From Candidatus Multivorans sp. (GTDB lineage Bacteria; Acidobacteriota; Thermoanaerobaculia; Multivoradales; Multivoraceae), in NCBI GenBank assembly GCA_965247095.1, contig OZ251997.1, positions 864,001-928,000 on the forward strand: a stretch of DNA of 64,000 bases, in the 5' to 3' direction. This document shows positions 19,275 to 26,627 of the stretch, one piece after another. A program made the position numbers and the translations under genes. The number at the start of each line of letters is the position of its first letter. Within the stretch, counting starts at the first letter, position 1. The notes beneath the pieces were generated by a model that saw nothing but the letters and a program-made list of their open reading frames with translations, searched no databases and was not told where the DNA came from.

Positions 19275-19700
19275 TTGTATCTCCTCGACACGAACGTCGT
19301 TTCCGAGTTGCGCCGCCCGCGACCGCACCAGTCGGTTCTGCGCTGGTTTCGGGGCGTACCGGCTGAACGGCTCCACGTGTCCGCCGTCACGATCGGCGAG
19401 ATTCAGGCAGGCATCGAGATCACCAGGGAGCAGGATCCGGTCAAGGCGACCGAACTTGAGAGGTGGCTCGACAGTGTGCTCGGCGCGTACAGCGTCCTGC
19501 CGGTGGACGCCGACGTGTTCCGCGAGTGGGCCAAGCTGATGCACAAGCGATCGGACACGCTGATGCAGGACGGCATGATCGCGGCCGTCGCCGTTGTCCA
19601 CCGGTTGACGGTAGCGACCCGCAACGTCCGCGACTTCGAGGTGTTCGGCGTGGACACGGTCGATCCGTTCGCCAAGTCGGTTGGGGACGGTTTGCGCTGA
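19275..19700 (+). CDS. vapC: VapC PIN-domain toxin
   Basis: MYLLDTNVVSELRRP, SAVTIGEIQAG, DGMIAAVA, VATRNVRDF. Confidence 0.93.
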   Translation: MYLLDTNVVSELRRPRPHQSVLRWFRGVPAERLHVSAVTIGEIQAGIEITREQDPVKATELERWLDSVLGAYSVLPVDADVFREWAKLMHKRSDTLMQDGMIAAVAVVHRLTVATRNVRDFEVFGVDTVDPFAKSVGDGLR

Positions 19701-19758
19701 TCTCCGTCTGCGCGCGAGTCCTCGACTCGCAGTCTCCTGTACTGAGCCACACAGAGTG

Positions 19759-19787
19759 TTGCTGCATTGGTGCGGCAGCGTTATGCT
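19759..19787 (+). promoter_or_regulatory. Putative sigma70 promoter with overlapping inverted repeat for the antitoxin gene
   Basis: TTGCTG-N17-TATGCT ending 9 nt before ATG 19797; GCTGC...GCAGC inverted repeat in the spacer, consistent with a TA operator. Confidence 0.45.
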
Positions 19788-19796
19788 CTTCACACC

Positions 19797-20045
19797 ATGA
19801 GAACGACGATCTCGCTTGAAGACAGGCTAGCCATGCAGGTACGGCACGAAGCTGCGGCCCGGGGACTCAGCGTGAGCCGCTTCATTACCAAGACCCTGGA
19901 CGATGCGATCAAACGGCCTGAACCCGCGGCGTCGCGTCCGTTCCGGCTGCTGACCGTCGGCGGCGGTGGTCCCCGCTCGGGGGTTGACCTCGACCGGCCC
20001 CGCGCACTTGAAGTGGCCGAGGACGAGGTCCGTCTGCGGAACTGA
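19797..20045 (+). CDS. Ribbon-helix-helix (VapB/CopG-like) antitoxin
   Basis: MRTTISLEDRL...AAARGLSVSRFI...PFRLLTVGGGGPRSGVDLD. Confidence 0.8.
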   Translation: MRTTISLEDRLAMQVRHEAAARGLSVSRFITKTLDDAIKRPEPAASRPFRLLTVGGGGPRSGVDLDRPRALEVAEDEVRLRN

Positions 20046-20050
20046 CGGAG

Positions 20051-20275
20051 TGTCCGAACGCGCGGGTTGTCGGTCCCGGTCCCGATCACCTTGCCGTTAT
20101 CGAGCGGGTCTGCCGAGGGTCCGCCGCCACTGGGAAGCTGGTGGCGGACGCCCAGCATGCGGCGGTAGCCATCGAGCATGGCTGCACGCTCGTCTCCACA
20201 GATGCCGATTTCGATCGGTTCCCAGACCTGCGCTGGCTACATCCGTTGCGGCCCGCCGCCGCCCGCGGTCGCTGA
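20051..20275 (+). pseudogene. vapC: 5'-truncated VapC toxin
   Basis: Hand translation PNARVVGPGPDHLAVIERVCRGSAATGKLVADAQHAAVAIEHGCTLVSTDADFDRFPDLRWLHPL; the N-terminal half with the DxN motif is absent. Confidence 0.85.
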
Positions 20276-20368
20276 ACGTAGCTACGCCGCTCAGACACCA
20301 AGCTCGCTAGAGGCGCCGAGGGCCCGTGCAGGTCGAAGTCGAAAACGCCGGCCTGAACCGCGTTCTGC

Positions 20369-20875
20369 CTAGCCTTGGCCCAAGCGAAGGGCGATACCGA
20401 TGATGCCGCCGACCGTCGGGACCATCAGGGCGAAGATTCCACCAACAATCCACTTGATCGTTCGCATTTCGCCCCGCAGGCCTTCCATCTGGGCTGCAAT
20501 CTCCTGCCGGAAGCTCTCGAAGCGATCCCTGACCTCCTGACGTAGAGCTTCCATGGCCCGTTCCAGGCCCTCGATCCGAGTCGTGTTCGTCGCCACGGTG
20601 GTCGCGAGCTGGTTCAAATCCACCCGGACCTCCGCGATGTCCTGCTTGACCTCAGTTCGGAGTTCCGCGATGTCCTGCTTCAGTTCGGTTCGGACGTCCG
20701 CGATGTCCTGCTTCAGAACGCATTGGGCATGGGCGAGATCTTCCTTCGTCGCGAGCCTCTCTTCCATGCCGACCATCATCTCGACCAGTGCCTCCATCTG
20801 GAGTCCCTTGAAACCAGCGTCCTCGAGCCGACGCCTTGTTTCGCGCACCACTGAGTGTACCGGATAGCTTCCCAT
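20369..20875 (-). CDS. DUF1640/CCDC90-like coiled-coil protein with C-terminal TM helix
   Basis: LEDAGF...LATKEDL, 11-aa repeats KQDIA(D/E)(V/L)R, C-terminal WIVGGIFALMV; AAGGAGG/AGGAG RBS. Confidence 0.75.
   Translation of the reverse strand: MGSYPVHSVVRETRRRLEDAGFKGLQMEALVEMMVGMEERLATKEDLAHAQCVLKQDIADVRTELKQDIAELRTEVKQDIAEVRVDLNQLATTVATNTTRIEGLERAMEALRQEVRDRFESFRQEIAAQMEGLRGEMRTIKWIVGGIFALMVPTVGGIIGIALRLGQG
20625..20716 (-). repeat. 33-bp coding tandem repeat (x3)
   Basis: TCCGCGATGTCCTGCTT at 20631, 20664 and 20697. Confidence 0.85.
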
Positions 20876-21246
20876 CTCCTGATCCTCCTTGCCACCGTGC
20901 AGCCGCCGTGAACATCTGGTACATGCCTTCCCTCGCCAACTCGCACAGCGGCAATCGACGGACCGCGACCGGCGTACTTTCCGCTCGCCGGCCGCCTGAT
21001 GCGCGTAGAAGGCCGCCACTGACTAAGACGGATTGCGTGGCGTGAGTTGGGGCGCAGCCGCCTTCGCGAGCCTTGGCGCTTCCACGGCGCCGGCGTCATC
21101 GACCGGGTGTTTGGCAGCGACAGGCCGGAGGTGCGCGTTGAGCCTCGTGCCGGCACGGAGCTCGGCGGTTTCGCGAGCCGAGGGTGGCTCACTTTCTGCG
21201 CGTTGGGCGGCTCAGTTTCCGGGTTGCCTCCAGCTCGAGACAGTAG

Positions 21247-21278
21247 AAGGGGGAGAGAGCCGAAGCCCTCTCCCCCTT
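21247..21278 (-). terminator. Intrinsic terminator-like hairpin after the TonB receptor
   Basis: AAGGGGGAGAG...CTCTCCCCCTT stem with T runs; near-identical hairpin at 25434-25463. Confidence 0.7.
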
Positions 21279-21328
21279 TGATTCCTGCGAATCCGGAGCC
21301 GAAGCCCCTGGGTTCTTCTTGATCCGGT

Positions 21329-24300
21329 CTAGAACCGGAACTTGATCGAGGCTCGCATCTGCCGCGGGCGCTGGAAGTACCGGCGTACGGGGTAGACCTC
21401 GCCCTGACCGTCCCAACGGCGGCGGCGCTGCTGGTTGGTCGCGTTGAGCACCTCGACGCGGAACTCGCCACGAACGTCCCGGTAGCCCATGGGGAAGCCC
21501 CAGGCGCCACTCAGGTTGATCGTGTACTCGTCCGAGGTCCGGCGCCCCTCCGCTCCCAGGGGGTGGAGGCGGACGCCGATGCCGGCGTTCGCCGTGCTGG
21601 GCCGCGCGTCGCTCGTCGGGTCGGAGGGAGTGATCGGCGGACAGGTGGCGAGACCATCCGGCCGCGCGCCCGGCGCGCAGGTCTTCGCGGCGCTGATGCC
21701 CGCGCCTTCACTCCGGGCCCAGGGGGTTCCGGTCTGGAAGGTGAGGTGGCCGCCGACGGTCAGGTCCTGCTTGCCGATGCGCCAGGTCTTGAACCCGAAG
21801 GAGTTGTAGATCCACGTGCGGTCGGCCACGCCGTTCGCGCCGCGCTGGTTGATCATGCTCCCCGGCTGGCCGATGAACTCAGTCAGACGCGCTGCGCAGT
21901 CTTCCGGATAGAGCCGGGTCCTGCCGGTCCGGCGGTCCGGATTGGTCTGGCTCGCCTGACAGGATGAAATGTGGCCCTCATCGAGGTTCACATGAACGAG
22001 TTCCAGGTACCCGCTGTCGGTGTTGTTCCACCAGACGCCTCCTCCCGTCGTGTCCGTCTCCGACCAGGCCACGTTGTTGTAGAGCGCCCAGCCGTCGGCG
22101 AAGCGACGGTTCAACTGGATCTGGAGGCCGCGGTAGGAGTTCATCGCCGGATCGGCGTTGGCCAGGGCCTCGCGATTCACCGTGCTGGGCCTGTCCGCCG
22201 GATCGAAGCCGGCCTCCGCCCACCTCTGCGCGCGCGCGTCATCGAACGCGAGCACGATCTTCTCCAGGTCGTGGTAGTTCTCGGTGACGCCGATCGCGCG
22301 GCCCCGATGATCGATCTGGTAGTTGGAGAACATCATGTCCTGCAGCTTCCAGTCGATGTACTTCACATCCAGGGCCCAATCCGGACGGAACTGCCACTCC
22401 AGGCCGAGGATCGCCTCCTGCTTGTAGTAGGTCTGGATGTCAAAGTCGTAGAGGCCTGCCTGGACGGCATCCCACATGAGGCCGGGTTGCGCCAGCTCCC
22501 AGGAGACGTTGTAGCCCGGAATGGCTGCCCCCACCGTGCCGTTGCGGATCGTGTCGCGCCGCGACGGGTGCCGGCAGTCGTAGCTGACGAAGCCTACCGA
22601 CCTCAGATAGTCCATGCCGGCGATGTCTCCCGGGTCGCAGAACAGGAAGACTTCCCTTCCCTCGTACCCGTTCCACAGGTCGTGCATGCTGGGCCGTGCC
22701 ACGTCGCCGCCGGAGATCCAGGCCTGGTTCAGCATCGCGTGGTACAGCCCCCAGGTGGCGTTGAACAGGAAGGCGCCGTCGCCCTTCACGTCGTAGGTGA
22801 TGTTGATCCGGGGATCGACGTAGGTGTCGTCGACGACCCGGCGCCGGACATCGTTCCATGCCTCCTGGTTCTCCGCTCGGAGCCCCAGGTTGATCGTCCA
22901 GTGATCACCGATCGTGAAGCGGTCGCGGATGTAGAAGCCGACGTCCCGAACCTCGGTGTCGCCGGTACCCGCGCCGACGCATGTGCCGGGCGTACGGACG
23001 ATCTCTCCGTTCACCCGTTCGATCTGTGTCGGACGGTGGGGCAAGCCGTCAGTGTGGAGCCCCTCGCAGGTGAGAAGCGGCGAGTTGTAGTCGACGAAGT
23101 AGCAGCTGCGGCCGCGCGTTGTACCACCGACGAACGTTGGGTTCGTTGGCGACGTGTCGTTGCCGCGGAGAAGGGAACACGTGTCGTGGCCGAGCGACCC
23201 GGCGCCGGCGTAGCCGAAGGGACTTGAGGCGTCGAAGCCCCAGCCGTTGAACAGCGGCACGCGGGCGTTCTCGCCTTCCCACTTCGTATCTTGGTAGTCG
23301 AGGCCGTACTTCAACTCGTGGTTGGCGCCCACGAACTGGGTCAGGCCAAGGTTCGCCTGCTCGCGCGGGAAGGCGTTGAAGCCGAAGCCGTCGGAGAGGA
23401 TCCAGCCGTTGTGCCAGGCCTGCAGGTTCTCGTTGTCGCGGTACACGTTGTAATTGTTGCCCGGGTAGAAGATGCCCAAGCTGGGGTTGAACGGGAACCG
23501 CAGCGGATAGCTCGTGTCGCCGCCCGAGGTGTTCGTCGCGCTATGGCCGGCGATCGGTCCGCGGTCGAGCGACTTCGCCTGCAGGCAGGTCTCCACCATG
23601 CGCGCAGGCGCATCGGGGAAGTTGTCCTGGGCCAGCCACTCGAGAAGGGGAATGCCGTCCGGGTTCAGAACCTCCGGGTTCTCCTGCTCCAGCGTGTCGT
23701 AGCAGGCGAGGTACTTGTTCTCCTGCGTTTCCTGCTGGGCGACCTTGGCTTCCAGGAACCAGTTGCCGGAAACCGCGTAGTTCCAGTTGATCGTCGACAG
23801 CACGCTGTCGTTTTCGTGCGGAGTCGGCGTCCAATAGTCGGACGACTGGTCGTTGAAGTAGTTACGGAACGCCGGCGTGTCGATTGCCGAAGCCGCAAGC
23901 GAATGGGAGGCCGTCGGCTGCATGTTCAGCTTGAAGATGCGCGCGTCGTTGAACAGGCTGACGTCGTACGGGTCACCGCCAAGCAGCCGCTCCGAGAAGG
24001 CATCGTCGAACTCACTCAGGCCCACGAAGAACCAGAACTTGTCCCGCCTGAGCGGACCGCCTGCCGAGAACTCGTAGCCATTCGAGGCGCCGGCCCATTC
24101 GTCACTGCCGGGCAGGCACGGTTCGCGGTTCGTGGTGAACACCTCCGAGGTGTCCGTGCCGCCGGGGATCAGGCCGCGCCCCGCGTCCCGGTCGTCGCCG
24201 TGGCAACGCCTGAACCAATCCGCGGGATACGGCTTGTTCTGGCGCTCGGTCAGAGACGGCTGGTCCTGGTAGTCGGAGCTCCACTTGAGTGCCTGACGCT

Positions 24301-25036
24301 GCCAGAGGACGTCGGTGTGCCACCGGTTGGTGCCCGACTTGACGATCACGTTGGTCGAGGAGCCGATGTAGCGGCCGTACTCGGCGGAGGATCCGCCGGC
24401 CTCCATGGAGACCTCGGTCACCGCCGTGGTGGGCAGGAAGACGCGGCTGCCGCCGAACTTGGCGAAGGTCGTGTCGACGCCGTCGATGTAGACACCCTGG
24501 TCGGCGAAGTGGGTTCCGTTGACCGATGGCCGCGTCTGCTGGATGTCGTCGTTCCGTGCGTCGGAGGTGACACCGGGCAGAGCGTTGATCACGCCGTAGT
24601 AGGTGCGCGTCGTGCCGGCGGTCTGTTCGCCGATCTCGGACGTCACGGTGGTGCCCGCGGTGACGTTGAACTTGTCGACCATGGGCGTGTCGGCCGTGAT
24701 CGTCAGCTCTTCGCCTTCGATGGCTGCGTGGAGCGTCAGGTCGACCGACTGGCGGTCACCTGCCGCGGCGTGGAAGGAGGTATTGGCTTCGCCAAGGCCC
24801 TGCAACTCCGTCTTCAGGCTGTAGTCGTCGGGGACGATGCCGACAAAGCGGAAATTGCCGTTGTCGTCGGTGATCGTGAATTTATCGCCACGGTCACTGG
24901 ACAGGGTCACGCTGACGCCCGGCAGGGGGGAGCCCCCAGGATCAACGATGGTGCCACTGACGGTGGCGGTCTCCGGGGCATCGGCGAAAAGGCCGACCGG
25001 AATGAGCAGTATCAGGGCCACTGCGAGTCGCTTCAC
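21329..25036 (-). CDS. TonB-dependent receptor (Oar-like, CarboxypepD_reg N-domain), Cys-rich
   Basis: Signal peptide; SGTIVDPGGSPLPGVSV; plug INALPGV...IDGVD...SAEYGR; FYIRDRFTIG..WTINLGLRAE; C-terminal PRQMRASIKFRF. Confidence 0.93.
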   Translation of the reverse strand: MKRLAVALILLIPVGLFADAPETATVSGTIVDPGGSPLPGVSVTLSSDRGDKFTITDDNGNFRFVGIVPDDYSLKTELQGLGEANTSFHAAAGDRQSVDLTLHAAIEGEELTITADTPMVDKFNVTAGTTVTSEIGEQTAGTTRTYYGVINALPGVTSDARNDDIQQTRPSVNGTHFADQGVYIDGVDTTFAKFGGSRVFLPTTAVTEVSMEAGGSSAEYGRYIGSSTNVIVKSGTNRWHTDVLWQRQALKWSSDYQDQPSLTERQNKPYPADWFRRCHGDDRDAGRGLIPGGTDTSEVFTTNREPCLPGSDEWAGASNGYEFSAGGPLRRDKFWFFVGLSEFDDAFSERLLGGDPYDVSLFNDARIFKLNMQPTASHSLAASAIDTPAFRNYFNDQSSDYWTPTPHENDSVLSTINWNYAVSGNWFLEAKVAQQETQENKYLACYDTLEQENPEVLNPDGIPLLEWLAQDNFPDAPARMVETCLQAKSLDRGPIAGHSATNTSGGDTSYPLRFPFNPSLGIFYPGNNYNVYRDNENLQAWHNGWILSDGFGFNAFPREQANLGLTQFVGANHELKYGLDYQDTKWEGENARVPLFNGWGFDASSPFGYAGAGSLGHDTCSLLRGNDTSPTNPTFVGGTTRGRSCYFVDYNSPLLTCEGLHTDGLPHRPTQIERVNGEIVRTPGTCVGAGTGDTEVRDVGFYIRDRFTIGDHWTINLGLRAENQEAWNDVRRRVVDDTYVDPRINITYDVKGDGAFLFNATWGLYHAMLNQAWISGGDVARPSMHDLWNGYEGREVFLFCDPGDIAGMDYLRSVGFVSYDCRHPSRRDTIRNGTVGAAIPGYNVSWELAQPGLMWDAVQAGLYDFDIQTYYKQEAILGLEWQFRPDWALDVKYIDWKLQDMMFSNYQIDHRGRAIGVTENYHDLEKIVLAFDDARAQRWAEAGFDPADRPSTVNREALANADPAMNSYRGLQIQLNRRFADGWALYNNVAWSETDTTGGGVWWNNTDSGYLELVHVNLDEGHISSCQASQTNPDRRTGRTRLYPEDCAARLTEFIGQPGSMINQRGANGVADRTWIYNSFGFKTWRIGKQDLTVGGHLTFQTGTPWARSEGAGISAAKTCAPGARPDGLATCPPITPSDPTSDARPSTANAGIGVRLHPLGAEGRRTSDEYTINLSGAWGFPMGYRDVRGEFRVEVLNATNQQRRRRWDGQGEVYPVRRYFQRPRQMRASIKFRF

Positions 25037-25080
25037 AAGCTCCTCCTCAGGATCAAGTTGTAGGGAATACGTTGAGAGGG

Positions 25081-25108
25081 ACTATATGACCGGCTAACCG
25101 GATGTCAA
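25081..25108 (-). promoter_or_regulatory. Near-consensus sigma70 promoter of the TonB receptor
   Basis: Minus strand TTGACA-N16-TATAGT, about 45 nt upstream of the GTG start, with GAGGAGGAG RBS. Confidence 0.7.
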
Positions 25109-25225
25109 GAAGCGGTCGATTTGGGCTTGTGGGGTATTGGGGATCCGGGATTCTGGATCGAACGGGCGCTTGGCGGCGTTGTTCGGCGTGCGGACGTACG
25201 CCGCGTCGTTCTGGCATCGCGCCTG

Positions 25226-25374
25226 ATGCAGGCGAGGCGCCCGTGCTGCCTGGAACCAGATGCGGGCGAGACGCCCGCGTTCCCAGGGGCCGGATGCCGG
25301 CCGGAACCCGGGTGGCGCGATCCGCGCCACCCGTGAACCAGTCCGTGCGCCCGTCGTCGGGCGCACGGATGGCA
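25226..25374 (+). repeat. Composite REP-like element (two REP copies plus the 72-nt two-hairpin module)
   Basis: GATGCGGGCGAGACGCCCGCGTTCCCAGG at 25259-25287, a degenerate copy at ~25226, and a module matching the reverse complement of 3516-3587 with 6 mismatches. Confidence 0.82.
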
Positions 25375-25433
25375 GGCCGGCGTACCCAGTGTGCGACGGA
25401 GGTCGGAGGGGCGGCGCATGCTCGCCAAAAGGA

Positions 25434-25463
25434 AAGGGGAGAGAGCCTAAGCCCTCTCCCCTT
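25434..25463 (-). terminator. Intrinsic terminator-like hairpin after the TonB receptor stump
   Basis: AAGGGGAGAG...CTCTCCCCTT followed on the minus strand by TCCTTTT. Confidence 0.7.
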
Positions 25464-25515
25464 CTGATCCTGTGAACGCCTGAGCCGAAGCCCGGCGGTC
25501 TGTGCGGTCCGGCGC

Positions 25516-25986
25516 CTAGAAGCGGAACTTCATCGAGGCGCGCACCTGGCGCGGGCGCTGGAAGAAGCGCCGCACCGGGTAGACTTGGCCGTCGCCGCCC
25601 CAGGAGCGTCGCCGCTGCTGGTTGGTGACGTTCAGCACGTCGACCCGGAGTTCACGCCGCACGTCCCGGACGCCCATGGGGAAGCCCCAGGCGCCGTTCA
25701 GGTTGAGGGTGTACTCGTCCGAGGTGAAGCGCCCCTGCGTGCCCGGTGCATGCAGGTTGAAGCTGACACCGTCGTTCGGCGTGCCCGGCTTCGGGTCCTC
25801 CGGATTGCGCTGGACCCTTTCAAGGTCATCGAAGTCGATCGGCGTTCCTTCCGAGCGGACCCACGGTGTTCCGGTCTGGAAACTCAGGTGGCCGGAGAGG
25901 GTCAGGTCCTGGTTCCCCAGACGCCAGGTCTTGAACCCGAACGAGTTGTAGATCCACGTCCGGTCGTAGGCGCCGTTCAGACCGCG
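25516..25986 (-). pseudogene. C-terminal stump (~155 aa) of a paralogous TonB receptor
   Basis: RGLNGAYDRTWIYNSFGFKTWRLG...SDEYTLNLNGAWGFPMG...RPRQVRASMKFRF*, clearly homologous to the end of 21329-25036; no 5' part. Confidence 0.9.
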
Positions 25987-25988
25987 CC

Positions 25989-26627
25989 GACCGCTTCCCC
26001 GACCTCTACGTTTCGGTGCTGGGCGGGGCGAACCGTCTCTACCGGAACCGCGGGGACGGCAGCTTCGAGGACGTGGCGGCGGAACTCGACGTCACGGGGC
26101 CTAGCCAGAGCTTCGCGGCGTGGTTCTGGGACTTCGACAACGACGGCAACCTGGACCTGTTCGTGTCCAGCTATACCGGTGACCGGGGAGGCCTGGGCTT
26201 CGTGGCCGCGAGCTACCAGGGCTTCCCGGGTCCCTGGGAGTTGGCGCGGCTCTACCGGGGCACGGGCGGCGGGCGGTTCGAGGATGTCGCGGCCCGCGCC
26301 GGCCTGACCCGGCTCCATCTGCCGATGGGATCGAACTTCGGCGACCTGGACGCGGACGGTTTCCTCGACTTCTACCTCGGCACCGGCTACCCGGACTACG
26401 AGGCGGTGATGCCCAACGTCCTCTACCGCAGCCTGGGCGGCGAGCGGTTCGTCGACGTGAGCCTCGCCGCCGGCTTCGGCCACCTGCAGAAGGGACACGC
26501 GGTGGTGTTCGCCGAGGTCGAGGTCTACTGGCCGACCACGGACAGCACCCAGACGTTCACGGACGTCGGGATGGACCGGTTGTACCGGGTCGTCGAGGGT
26601 GTGGAGGCTTTGGAGGTGGTCGACTAG
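25989..26627 (+). pseudogene. Truncated and internally deleted CRTAC1/FG-GAP gene
   Basis: FPDLYVS...WDFDNDGNLDLFV...GDLDADGFLDFY...GHLQKGHAVVFA jumps straight to EVEVYWP (ASPIC tail) at ~26513; no N-terminus. Confidence 0.8.

Noticed and set aside
20631-20713. 17-bp repeats with 16-bp gaps as a mini-CRISPR
   Set aside because: The 33-bp period encodes coiled-coil repeats, and the gaps are similar to one another
25516-25986. DGR template/variable repeat pair with the receptor 3' end
   Set aside because: Differences are mostly at third codon positions rather than adenine-specific, include indels, and no reverse transcriptase is present
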